A DNA stretch of 63,783 nt, filler included, from Phoronis australis (GCA_002633005.1; 16 parts of 16 records of this genome joined end to end with filler, not necessarily neighbours in it); one strand, 5' to 3'; numbered from the whole stretch's first letter, positions 1 through 13,915 are shown. Translations and numbers: made by a program. The notes: generated by a model not told the origin, from the sequence alone.

Positions 1-104
1 CAAACTTACAGTATGATACACAGAGAATTAGTGTAGGATACAGCAAACTTACGGTATGATACACAGTGAATTAGTGCAAGACATAAAGTAAGAGGAACAC
101 TCAC

Positions 105-1872
<1,768 letters not shown>

Positions 1873-2561
1873 TGAATAGGCCAAGACAGACCTTGATGGA
1901 ATGGAGTATGAAAGAAGCAACGAGTCGACTTTTTCCTACCGCATTGTATTCACCACGTTATACGTTTTGCAATACCGACCTGAAAACATGGAAGAAAATG
2001 TCAGTTAATCACATTCAAATTACTGATCACATCATGTCAGAAACAATTGACCACAACTTGAAATTAGACAGGTGAGCCTGACCATGTTATAGGTAAAAAG
2101 TGACCACAGTGAAACAAGCACATGTCCAAGAAACAACAACTTAGTCACTGTGGCCACTAGCTACCTTTCCCTACCTGTTAATGAGCAACTATTAGCCTGA
2201 ATTAGTAGTGAACTTGTCCTTAGTCATGAATTACATAATTATCCACTTATTTACATATAAAAGATTGTGCTTTACTGTTCTGTCAAGCGTAATTTGTACA
2301 GGTATAAAAATGAACACGATACATTTAGATCATGGACTAGAGTGTAAATACTTGACAGTACTGGTATCTCTAACATTGTACACGGGAATGTTTTGCTCTT
2401 AAAGACTTAAGATCGGTTAGCTTTCTCAAATTTGTAGTTGTTTACTACAGTGTATTTGGAGTATAAATTCCTTCTTTACTTACAGACTGTTTATGGTGTA
2501 TACTAGAGATAAGCTCAAATAATCTAATAATTGAACTAGCGATGTGCGTTAATAACTGGCC

Positions 2562-4250
2562 AGATAAAATCAGACACGAAATTAGTGTCGTAACATTCTT
2601 CCTTTAGTAAATAAATTAGTTAACTGCATTAAAAATATTGCCATTCTACCATTATTTTGCTGCTAAATTTGAGGAGCCATAAGATGCATCGGCTTTGAAT
2701 GCCATGAAATAGAGTGTCAACTATAGGCCAATTTCTTTTTTCGCCGAATCTTCCATCAACTCTTCTTCTTCCAAAAAGTTGCACACAGTTCATACCAAGT
2801 TATAGGATTTGGTTTCACTTCGTCTTTGTTAAACGAAGTATAAAAACAGGAGCGTGCGCAGTGTAAAAATGCCCAGTTGTCGATTTGGGCAACTGAACGA
2901 AGGTCTGCTGGAGTTGGAAGGAATTAAAGACACAGACGACCTGACCTAGTCCTAAGCCTGGTATCCCTCTATGTGTAAAATGTAAAATGTACCCTGATGA
3001 CTAGCCAGCCAGCAAGGTGTATGAAGACTGTCGTCAAAATACAGCTAGGTACCACTGTGTGTATTTCTTCAGTAGATCACGAAATTGCACACAACCAGGG
3101 TAGTTCTGCTCGTCACCACGCTGTGAAACTTGTATCAACATGTATTAAAAGCTAAAGACCGGATGGGTGCATGCAAAATCTGAGAATCAACCGACACTCA
3201 CCTTGCCCATTACAGCCGTTTAAGTGTAGAACAATGCAATAAACGTCATTTTCTTGCGTAACTCTCCGCCTGTTCAAACAATGAAAAGTATGCCATCGTT
3301 TTGAAAACAATACGCTCGTGTCATGCGCAGGCGCCATTTCCTAAATTTTTGCGACACCTCTCGGGAGATGATGATAGCTTGGCAGCAGCAAAATTTGTTC
3401 TGAAATTCGATTTTTCGGTATCGAATTTCTAAAAACTTATAATGAAGTTAAACCAGTTCCAATAATTTGTTGTGACATGTACGCAACCTCGTGAAAGAAC
3501 AACAGTTGATTGAAGAATCAGTGAAAAAAAATGGCCAATGGGTGACGATATATTTCATGGCGCCGAAAGCCGACGCAGAAGATCGCTCCACAACTTTAAC
3601 AGCAGAACGCCATTTTTTCCAATTCCATTAAATAATCTAGTTTACTCAAGGAAGACTGTAGTTTTTAATGACAATAATTTTGTGTCAGATTTCATCTTCA
3701 GGGCTTGGAATGACCAATGACAAAAAACGCGGAAACTTCGAAACATATACCCGATAACCAGCCTTGAAATGGTCGATGTGAACCTTTCCCCGACAAAAAT
3801 TGGGAGGGCTAAAAAAAAAAAAACGTTACTACCATCAGTAGCATGCGTCTGCGTCCTTTTAGCTCGTCCGTCCACTCCCAACCCACACATTTTTGGCTGC
3901 AGAGCGGTAGTATTTGTCGCCGCGCTTAACAATAACACGACCAGACGCCATTGAAAATCCCACCACGCTGTCCCAGAAGCCCCGACAATGTTGACAATTT
4001 ACGTTCCTCCGAAACATTAAGAGCAACTTCCGCTTTTCGAGGTGAACGTCGTCTGCAACGCCGCGGTAAGAAAGGAATTTGCCGCGGAAATTTTATATCA
4101 AATCCGATTTTTTTACGCGGAAATATTATAAAAAAGCGGAAAGCACATTTGAAAAAAGCGGAAATCCGCGTTTCCGCGGAAAATTCCAAGCCCTGCATCT
4201 TACCACTTTTTTATCCACATCGGTGCAAAGCTGTATATTTACTACATAGA
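2562..4250. mobile_element. Old foldback-type non-autonomous DNA element, interrupted by the MITE at 3699-4195
   Basis: ~2562-2825 is an imperfect reverse complement of ~3435-3697. Segment ~3000-3698 plus 4202-4250 matches the reverse complement of ~52092-52848. Confidence 0.7.
3699..4195 (+). mobile_element. ~500-bp MITE, 13-bp TIR CAGGGCTTGGAAT, 6-bp TSD CATCTT (hAT-like)
   Basis: TIRs at both ends; CATCTT at 3693-3698 and 4196-4201; further copies at 43431-43887 and 35413-35639. Confidence 0.9.
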
Positions 4251-4308
4251 TTTGTACCAAAGGTACTTGATGACGTGACTTTGTTGTTTTAATCAGGGTG
4301 AGGCATGA

Positions 4309-5014
4309 AAGTCACATTGTTATAAAAACCTTTTGCATAAAGAGGGACACCTTAGGAGGTTGGCGGTGTGTTTAATTCCTTCCAACTCGAACAAATACTT
4401 CCGTTATCAAACGTTTTGTTAGAGCAGTCACTCGTTCAGTTCCCAAAATCGTGAACTCACCATTTTTATACTGCGCACGCTCCAATGTTTTACCGCGCTC
4501 GCTAGGTGATGTGACTTCATGACCTCAATCTTTAAATAGGTCAACGGCGAGCCATTGCGGTCTTGTCAGTGAAATGTTCGTTTCCAAAATGCCACCACTA
4601 TACTTGTCTTTAATTGGCGTTACTTGAAATTGGTTGTATTTCAATGAATTATTGTTTGTATTTGATAAAAATAAATGCTGTTGATGACATTTAATAGTCT
4701 TAGTGCACATATTTGACATTTTAATGTTTAACAACACGGCAAATGCACGGCTGGTTCCCGGCAGCACATACGCAAAGGACGGGAACTTCGGCTTTCAAAG
4801 TTCGTCAGCAGGACTGCAACTTCTGACCTTTGGCCTAGTTAAAAGAATGAGATCATATCTCTTGGCGTGCGCCGAGTGAAAATGTTGAGTTCACGATTTT
4901 GGGAACTGAAATAGGGACTGCTCGAAGAAAAGTTTGATAACGGGAGTATTTGTTCGAGTTGGAAGGAATTAAACACATCGACAACCTCCTAAGGTATTTA
5001 TAACAACGTGACTT
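4309..5014. mobile_element. Foldback/MITE with ~170-bp imperfect TIRs
   Basis: ~4309-4480 (TTTAATTCCTTCCAACTCGAACAAATACT, TTCAGTTCCCAAAATCGTGAACTCA) is the reverse complement of ~4865-5014. Confidence 0.75.
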
Positions 5015-5934
5015 GGTAATTGTTTACAATATGACGACAATGACTTAGACATATGATTTTGGTATCGTTCAATTCCTCCCAATGTTATCTTTCCAAATAT
5101 ACTCAGAAATTTCTCCTACCCCGTTCCCTTAGTATTTTATCGTGAAATTTCTCCTAGCACTATTTCCTGGTACGCGGTTGTAATACCGCCATGTTGAATG
5201 GAAGGAGTTACCTGGCGGTCAAAAAGTGAACTAATCTACCGACTTGCAGATCGTCGCTTTTCATAAGTTCAAATTGACCGAGACCTGTCAATCCCCTGCC
5301 CGAGTTACGGAACCAAGGATTCGAATTCGATCCTATGGTGACCCTGATATACGCATCTGCTAGCAGGAATCCGCCAAAACAGCGGAGGTTGTTTTGAGGT
5401 CCGGTGAATTTGTGAAAAGAGTATCACTTCAGACAATTCTGTGGAAAAATGGCCAAATAGTCACAATTCTAAAAAATGGAAAAGGGAAAATGCTTCTACT
5501 TGTTCATCAGTATTATGTCAGGAAAACTTTAGCGGGAATCTCGCACAGGCAAACACCATTCATTCAGAATCAATGATGATGTTTCATTTATTAACAGTAG
5601 GTGTCGCTGTAATCTTGAGTTGAGCTAACATGGCGGTGTCCACCGGGAAATAGAGCCAACTGAAATTCGACGATAAAATATGGAGGAAATGCGGTAGGGG
5701 ATCAATTCATCGCCAGTAAAATGAGAGTAAATGTGTGAACTCAAAATACTTGTGTTTATTTATTGCAAATGGCGAAACCGGAAAGAAAGTGCCAACTGAA
5801 ATTCGAGGATAAAATACGGAGGAAATGCGGTAGGGGATCAATTCATATATTTTTGGAAAGATAACATTGCGAGGAATCGAACGATACCAAAATCATATGT
5901 CTAAGTCATTGTCGTCATATTGTAAACAATTACC
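5015..5934 (+). mobile_element. 920-bp non-autonomous DNA transposon with long TIRs and a possible THAP remnant
   Basis: Perfect TIR GGTAATTGTTTACAATATGACGACAATGACTTAGACATATGATTTTGGTATCGTTC, continuing imperfectly inward. Internal frame reads KKWKRENASTCSSVLCQENF. Confidence 0.8.
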
Positions 5935-5939
5935 TTCGA

Positions 5940-6200
5940 CCAGCCAATCAGAAACGCTGGTGTAAAAAAACTTCCCGGAGGAAAACTAAGTGATATCTGC
6001 GTGCTGGCTACCACCTGGCGGCACGCAGGGAACTAGCGAGACCACGCCCCGGCTTACAACTGTAGTCGCCACTTCCGGTTTTAAGTTTGTAGGACTTGAC
6101 CAAATGCAATCAAAAAAGGAACATGATCTGCCTGTCTTTTTACCACCTAGCTAGAGTTTTGTGCTTGTACAATGAAACGTAAAAAAATTAAGGAAGGTAA
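5940..6200. promoter_or_regulatory. Candidate housekeeping-type Pol II promoter
   Basis: CCAAT box (AGCCAATCAG ~5942), GC-box-like CCACGCCCC (~6042) and ETS motif CACTTCCGG (~6070) are clustered, followed by donor-like AAG|GTAATT (~6195). Confidence 0.4.
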
Positions 6201-6376
6201 TTGGTAATTGAAAGGTTTTTGTTGGGTTTATCCCCAGACGACAAAACTACGCTCTTCGCGCATACATGACGAACCCTTCCAAATGAGTAACACTGCGGAG
6301 TCACAGCTTTCAGAAAATGCGAAATACTTTAGAAGGAGTTAACAATGGTTGGTATACCACAACGGGCAATCTGCAC

Positions 6377-6476
6377 NNNNNNNNNNNNNNNNNNNNNNNN
6401 NNNNNNNNNNNNNNNNNNNNTTAATTAATTAANNNNNNNNNNNNNNNNNNNNNNNNNNNNNNNNNNNNNNNNNNNN
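6377..6476. other. Artificial contig spacer N44-TTAATTAATTAA-N44 (first of 15)
   Basis: Identical 100-nt spacers start at 6377, 8491, 13743, 20317, 23013, 24850, 33079, 35313, 40438, 42228, 48664, 53205, 56673, 59373, 62116; the core has stops in all six frames. Confidence 0.98.
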
Positions 6477-7049
6477 ACCGCTTCTACAACCTTATAATGT
6501 ATAAAGAAGCAGCGTCACTTTAGATTTCACGATTAAGTGGTCAGGAGAAAAGGCGCATTACCATCTGATCTCTCGAAAATTCCCACATAAACTGCAGGTA
6601 ATTGTTTTAAAATTTGCTTGTATTCAATATATTAATATCGACTTTCCGTGAGTGTTGTTTCTATAATAATTTTGATAGAAACCATTCAAAACTAGAATTT
6701 TAAGTTTATTATTACGAGTGTAATTTGTAATGATTAAAAGCACGACGCTCAACTCATAATTAATATCAATTGTATATTTTTGATAATAATCGATATCAGT
6801 GATGACTTTCGGGAGAGCACTAGCTGTGACGACGTCGGCACCACTACCTACTACATGAGCGCACCCCCTCCATTTGGCGAAGTGGGCAAAAAGGTCCGCC
6901 TCTGAAAAGCCCGAGAAAATGATATACAAGTTTGCTTAACAAGCACAAACGCTCAATTCACTGTGATGTCCTTTTTTAGTCCGCCCACTTTTTTGTTATC
7001 AAAAGCTCCACAACATCTCCCCCCTTCATATTGAAGGCTGGGTGCGCGC

Positions 7050-7892
7050 ATGTATTAACGTATTTAACAATTTGTTGAGAAAGATAAGCAGATTCTGTGG
7101 TGTTCTTAATAACATAAAACATGTCTTTCCCTTTGAAACTTTGAAAACTATATATAATGGCCTTGTCCTTCGTCATTTTCATTATGGCATTCTGCTATGG
7201 TGGTGTGAACATCATAGAATATTTAAATTACAGAAAAAGGTTATTCGCAATATTACCTCTAGTTATTTTAATGCCCATACAGATCCTTTATTTAAGACTA
7301 CACAGTTACTCAAAATAAAGGACTTGTATGTTGTTGCTATTATTAAATTTTTCTACAAATATGTTCATAATTACTTACCTTCATTTTTAACACATTCAAC
7401 TTAATAACTCGTGGGTCTGTTCATGAACATTACACTAGGCAACGACATCTTTTACATACTACCCGTTGTACTAAATCATTTGCTGAAGATTCAGTTCGAA
7501 ATGCCCTACCTCATATCATTAATAACCTTCCTGAAAGTGTCTCCCAAAAACTTTTTACCCATTCATTATCCTCTGTTCCAAATTATTTTAAGAATGTTTG
7601 TTTTGAAAATTATGAACTTGAGTGCACTATTCCCAACTGCTTTGTGTGTAACTGTTTTCGATAATCTCTCCCAGTCTTTACACAAGTAGTTTTAAAGTAC
7701 ATTATCACCTAATTTTTATAGTTCTGCTTATCTGTAACGCTGTATTTTTTTCTTTCTTATTCTCTGGTGGCTCTGTGGTCAGCGGACCTCTCGGGTCCTT
7801 CACGGAGTCTCCATAAGCGTAAATCTGTATCAACTGTATTTTTTTTGTTTTTTGACTTAAAGCGAATAAAGTATATTACTACTACTACTAAC
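7050..7892 (+). mobile_element. 5'-truncated, frameshifted CR1/L2-group LINE (Crack-like) 3' end
   Basis: ORF 7042-7404 has LKTIYNGLV..HFHYGILLW..LQKKVIRNIT..AHTDPLFK (post-RT region). It continues after a frameshift to a Cys-rich end, then AATAAA and an (ACT)n tail at ~7877-7892. Confidence 0.82.
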
Positions 7893-8179
7893 TGGTGGTA
7901 ATATCCCATCAAGCAATTTAAAAAAGCAACAGAGGAGGAATGCATTTGTCAAACAACAAAATAGTCAAAAAATGTACCAAGTAAGCCATCTTCAACAAAA
8001 TAAATTGATGTCAGCCATTTCCATCACATATTTCATGTCCAGGAAATCATGCAATTATGGCCTGCTGTAATTGTAAGACCATTACTTCAGGCAGCAACAC
8101 TGGATTTTAATATGCTAAAACTATGTCAATTGACAAGATTGCTCAAGCCAATGCAATGTTGTTTTTGCCCGATACATAC

Positions 8180-8292
8180 GCTCCCAAGGATATTCCGGTG
8201 CCAAGAAGAGGTGCCTTTGGTAATTCCTCTCTGATGTGATCAACAACACATTCCAAATCCTCAGTGTTGGCAGCACAATAGGTCCGGGGTGT
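8180..8292 (-). CDS. ABHD3: Internal exon of an ABHD1/ABHD3-family alpha/beta hydrolase
   Basis: 113-bp AG/GT-bounded exon TPRTYCAANTEDLECVVDHIREELPKAPLLGTGISLG with the GxSxG nucleophile motif; matches recalled ABHD3 TPRTYCCANTEDLE..GVSMGG. Not in the ORF track. Confidence 0.85.
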
Positions 8293-9879
8293 CTACAAAA
8301 GAACAGTGCAGATAATTTACCTTTAAGGTTATCTCCAACCTTATTTAGTGGCCTCCATCTAACTCGTACAATCATCAGAAAAACTAAGCTTTGTCAACCA
8401 GTAAAAGTAATTATTTTCAGAAAGCACAAAGACCAGGAAATAAATATACTTTTTGTATTGATATTCCATTATTATTTTTACGTAAAAACCNNNNNNNNNN
8501 NNNNNNNNNNNNNNNNNNNNNNNNNNNNNNNNNNTTAATTAATTAANNNNNNNNNNNNNNNNNNNNNNNNNNNNNNNNNNNNNNNNNNNNGGTCAGGACT
8601 TGGGTGGGAATCTGGGACAGGACTCCCTGTGTTAGGACCTGGGGTCCAGGTCCATGGACTGATTCGAACCTGGACTCGCCTCCGAATGCAGCTGTTCCCT
8701 TTATAAACGCTCCAGGTTATGCTGTAATTAGTGTATACCATCGTTTCATTTATGATTTATCTAGATTATAGCATTTACACGTGTACCTATTATAGGTTAT
8801 GCTCAGATCCTAGTCTATAATTTAGTGATTACGATAACTTAATTTTTATTTACAATTATATCTCTGTGTTATTCTCCACCTTTAGCTTAAGTTCCATTTT
8901 CTTCATGTTGCTGTTAAATTTAATGTCGTAGAAATAGCCCAACTGGCTGATGTTTATCTGTTCCTCGAACAACAACGTTAAATAAAGATTCTTGATTCTT
9001 AATTCTTGAGGAGGACTCCCTGTGTTAGGACCTGGCGGAGGACTCCCATTAAAAAACCTACGGAATGTGCTGTTCAAATGGATGAGTTTTTCATGACTTG
9101 TTTCGGCAGAAACCAATGCCTTTTCTTTCTTAACCCTTATGAAAGGGTGTCCTTTCAAGTGAATTCCATATGAAAGGGTTGGTATCCTAACTTTTGCAAG
9201 TCTGCACACCCCTGTCACAAATAGCCAAATATCCCGTTCTATTAGGACCATTGTTGAAGCAGATATTCAAGGTTTTCAACCACTGCACTTTTAACTAGTT
9301 CTAATGACATCACTGCGTGGAAAATCTGGCAAGTGACAAAGAAGTTACCATCGGGGTGATCCACTGGAAACGCGCTAATTTTTTGTCATGTGTTACTGCC
9401 AATCTCGCTCCCTTTCTCATCAATTAACTGGGTCTGACAGGTTCTTACTGTTGACGACTTTTTAATTTCAATTTAACATGACACCCATTGATTTTGTCAC
9501 TTTGGTCTTGGAACACTGTCTATGACATGGTTTTTCTCCATGGTTTCAAGGCATGATTTCTAAATCTGTGACAGTTTTCATGTGTTCTCCCTGGGCCTGA
9601 ATAGCTTGTTTCGTCTTCAAGTGAAGTTTAATATCACCCATGACAGCCTTTTCCCTGTTCAGTGACTTTACCAGTGGTGGTGTGACAACATGTAGGTTCT
9701 TTGTTAACTGTCAAGCACAGTCTTTTGTCTGTTATGACAACAGACAGGCCAATTATCTACCATGCTTATTACAGACCATATGTGAACACAGTCAAACCCT
9801 GAGTGAATTGACCGAAAGAATAGATTATCGCAATTTCGGTTGCAGTTGGGCGATTTTGGCGACTCAAAAACTAAACATG

Positions 9880-10200
9880 ATCACCATTTGACGAAAATTT
9901 CAGAAATTCTATTGGTTTATGTTCAAATATGTTATTTTTAGCAGCACAGCCCAGTCAGGGTAGATACGATCTTATTGAAGATTAGAGCAATTGGAGAGCT
10001 AGTGGACCTCCAACCATGAATGCCAGAATGGAGTTAATCAGTCGTGTAAGATATTGGCTAAAGGGGTAAACTTCCCAACTTGTTGGGCTATAGAATCGAA
10101 CAAGTTGGGTCAACGGGAAAACGCTGTAATGCAGTTGAGGTCACTTTCCCAAAAGCATTTGTGTTAGAAACAAACTGATAAATATCTGGCAGTGGATAGT
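9880..10200 (+). repeat. Old interspersed repeat; paralog at ~43255-44050 is split by a MITE
   Basis: Shared blocks TATGTTCAAA, GCACAGCCCAGTCAG, GATTAGAGCAATT and GTAAGATA(T/C)TGGCTA in the same order. Confidence 0.55.
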
Positions 10201-10307
10201 TTTTCCAGCCATATGAAGTATTTTAGTTAATGAAAAGTTATGCTTTTTGTTGAATAATTTTAACTATTAATGATTAATGTAGATTTCGAATTTTGTTAAA
10301 TAGTTCA

Positions 10308-11307
10308 CCCAGGAAATTTTTGTTTTTACCTCTAAAAATCAAGCATTTTCCTCGATTCCTGAAGTATTATGCAAGAAAAAAGGCAAAAAAAAACCCCGGA
10401 GAACGTGTCAAACATGAAAAAAAACTGCAGTTATCAAAGACTCGAACTCACGACGTGGCGAATAGTGTGCGCGTGCGTTACCACTACACCACCACAATTT
10501 CACTACTAATCTCATACTAAGAGACCTACTTGTTTATGGTCCAAAGCATTTGCGCGCGAAACCTACTTCTTTTTGTAATGCTTATTACACGCTTTATATT
10601 TTGTGCCATCGATTCTTAACAAACTTGTCGTATTAAAATGGTCTTTAAATGCCAAAAAGACCAAATCGGTTTTTCGTGTTGGCAATAATGACGGGATTGC
10701 TTTGGAAATCGTCTTAAGATAAGGTTTGGCAAAGAGAGTATTGCGAGTTTCTGAGTGATTCACTAAGGCTTCGATTAAAATTCACATCTTACCAGCAGCT
10801 TCTGTTTTTTCATCGCTACTCAGGTTCCATTTTCTTTAAAAAATGAAGTAAATTTTCTTCATTGNCGTGCGTTACCACTACACCACCACAATTTCACTAC
10901 TAATCTCATACTAAGAGACCTACTTGTTTATGGTCCAAAGCATTTGCGCGCGAAACCTACTTCTTTTTGTAATGCTTATTACACGCTTTATATTTTGTGC
11001 CATCGATTCTTAACAAACTTGTCGTATTAAAATGGTCTTTAAATGCCAAAAAGACCAAATCGGTTTTTCGTGTTGGCAATAATGACGGGATTGCTTTGGA
11101 AATCGTCTTAAGATAAGGTTTGGCAAAGAGAGTATTGCGAGTTTCTGAGTGATTCACTAAGGCTTCGATTAAAATTCACATCTTACCAGCAGCTTCTGTT
11201 TTTTCATCGCTACTCAGGTTCCATTTTCTTTAAAAAATGAAGTAAATTTTCTTCATTGCACAGTGGAGCAGACGACGGAAACGGAGTCGTAGTGCGCAGC
11301 GCCACTG
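10308..11307 (-). mobile_element. CAGTGGCG-terminated non-autonomous element, truncated at one end, with a 393-bp duplication around a single N
   Basis: Reverse complement of 23113-24060 and 53305-53998; terminus CGCCACTG at 11307. Confidence 0.8.
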
Positions 11308-13078
11308 CCGGTCACCTGGGATATCGTGGGAGAGCCTATACTTAGCTATAGTTCCGTTATGAATGCGCCGTGTTCAGAATTTGACACTTGAAATTGGATT
11401 TGAGCCCCCCCCAACACTAAAACTGCACACATTTAAATCTTTTTTCGTACGCATAATTTTAATTACCGGGGTTAATTAATACACTCAACATTTCCCTTCG
11501 CTCTTACTGTTTTATTTTTTTTTGCGGCAGCCAAGGGGGGGCCTGGGCCCCCCGGGCCCCCCTAAATCCGCCTATGTAATGTAATATTTGCAGTGAGGGT
11601 AGCCCCATCAGTTCACACTGCTTTCCATGACGACCCTCAGAAAATGGAATGAATGTTTTTGGTCTGAGGTTTCTTTAAAATTGATGTGGTGATAAAGTAT
11701 TTTTGGTTGTCCATATTTTCAAAAAGAAAAAGTCGCCTGATGTCAGCTGAAATTTGCAGGGCTCCCTTTTCCCAAGCTCCACCTAGTGCCGGCTAAAATG
11801 GGTTGGGATACTTTTTTCTTGAAACAGTGAGACGTAGACCTGAACCAGTTATGCTGTTTTTGGCCTCATTAAATTGATGCTGTTTCTAATTACATGTCTT
11901 CTCTTTCCTTTTACAGCATCCAAGTTAAAGTTGATGACATTGTCACCTGTGAAACCTCATTGGTTGTACCCTACTGTTTGATGCAAACCTGATCGTGTAC
12001 ATTTTCATCGATTCCTCATACGGGTGAGTGTTGGCCAACTTGTTCTTTGTCCTGGTACCGTTGGGCATTTGATTTTTCTGTGTGGTGTCCTTTGACTGCG
12101 ATAAGTTATACCCAACCACACAGCTACAAATAAACCCGGGCAGGGCCTTACTGAAGATGGCATATGTAAGTGTGATGCGCAAGTAGACCATGGCCAGGTC
12201 TATAGAATCATGCCTTTTACATGTTGTTCATTATGAAAGGGTGAAATTTATGGATTTTAGAAAAGGGTACATTTTTGCAACAGCACTCCATGGAAGTTCT
12301 CACATTCTGTAAGGGGGCTGTAGTGTTGACAGGTGGGGATTGTTTTCCCCGTCATTAAAAAAAATTCCTGTTACAGAAAGCGTAAGTATCTTTCCCTTTG
12401 GTCAAGTGGCCATTATCACATTATATCTAAAGATGTTACAAGAGTTTATAAAGCATGCTGATCTCTTCCTTACTGAATGTCAAGTTCTTGCTGTGCAATT
12501 TGTTTCAGGAAAAGCATTTCCTCATTGGTTTGTTGAGATGTTAGTTCTCATCGATGGTGCAGTGGCTGATTGGCTCAACTGTTAACTTTTGCTTGATCCT
12601 TTCAAAGGCATCCAGTGTCGTCCCTCAAATGAGATTTTTATCATCGGGCTGTTTCAGGCTTCCTGTTTATAGGTTCTGAAGTGCCTTGTTAATGGAGAAA
12701 TTGTTTCAAAATAGTTTTATGTTAACAAAAGTGTCCAGTTATTTATTCGAAGAAATTAAGTTCAGACCTACAGCGAGCCACGTTGTCCCGAATTCGACTC
12801 TCCTCTTTTGCGGAGGTAGAAAAGTGCAGTGTATGATTGACCTTAGTTTTCAAAAGGTTAGGACTGTAAACAATATTTGCTGTGTATTTTACATGAAGTT
12901 CTCTACATGTTAATGTGTTGGTGATTGTAAAACTGAAATTTACTTCCTCATCTGACTGAATATCACGGGGTAGCTATTTACATTTGGTTATTTTGACAGA
13001 AATTATTCTCTTACCTTCCTTAACGATTTCATGTGTCAGACAGCCTAATGGGCTTTTATACGTGTTTCAGTATCAGCC

Positions 13079-13151
13079 ATGTCTGATCTCGGCGAGGAGG
13101 CGAGTCGCATGCTGGCCCTGGCTCTCGAGCAAATGGATGACATCATAGCAG
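13079..13151 (+). CDS. PPFIBP1: First coding exon of liprin-beta (PPFIBP1/2 family)
   Basis: Acceptor TTTCAG|13071, ATG 13079, MSDLGEEASRMLALALEQMDDIIA(G), donor G|GTGAGC; matches recalled liprin-beta N-terminus ASDMLAAALEQMDGIIAG. Not in the ORF track. Confidence 0.85.
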
Positions 13152-13842
13152 GTGAGCATAATGGTGGCACTTGGTGGCGATGAATATGAAAGTAACAAGA
13201 GATGAGTTAATAACCATTTCTGTAATTGGTGAACACAATTTTTTGTGATCGGTTAACAGATGTATAATTCGACTTTATTGTAATAGTCATTTTTGTGCTC
13301 TTGAGAGTAGAATAGGAAAGTGTACTGGCGCCAGTGTGCGCCTTGGTGATATTGTGGCGGTGTAGCGGTGTGGATAGGAGATCAGATTACTTGAGTCATT
13401 TACCTGCGACGTTGAAACTAGCCAATGCGAGCACTTGTCCTATTGGATCGTATGTCGTCATATCACGATTAGCTGAGTTGTCAGTCCGTCGCTATGTCTG
13501 TTTGCTTATACTTTGTTTTATTGCGGATAGAGGAGAAATCGAAGAACAAGACCTAGCGAGAGTAAATGAAATTTTGTGAAGCTTCGCGTCTTTTAAACTT
13601 TACTTCATGGAGTTGTAAAGTTTCTATCGGAACATTTGTATTTGGAAAAATAGTGGAAAATTTCAGGACACATTTTCACCTAAACCAGACATCAACTTGT
13701 GTGTCTTTGTGTTAACACTTATATTTGTACCTAAGTGTAGGANNNNNNNNNNNNNNNNNNNNNNNNNNNNNNNNNNNNNNNNNNNNTTAATTAATTAANN
13801 NNNNNNNNNNNNNNNNNNNNNNNNNNNNNNNNNNNNNNNNNN

Positions 13843-13915
13843 TTTCTGGGTTTGTTATTATTTCTTTGTATGTTCTGTGTATCCTTCAATAAATATATAT
13901 CACAGTGAAAAAAAA
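13843..13915 (+). mobile_element. 3' tail of a second copy of the CR1-like LINE at 18386-20316
   Basis: Reverse complement of 18386-18457 apart from two substitutions and A-tail length; ends AATAAATATATATCACAGTG(A)n. Confidence 0.8.

Noticed and set aside
3642-4292. Overlapping ORFs that recur at 43620-43838
   Set aside because: Chance frames in a non-coding MITE; the copies differ by indels.
6421-6432. Recurrent TTAATTAATTAA as a biological motif
   Set aside because: Always centred in two 44-N blocks, so it is a synthetic spacer.
10563-11157. Twin 66-aa ORFs as duplicated genes
   Set aside because: They lie in a repeat duplicated around an N and show no recognisable domain.
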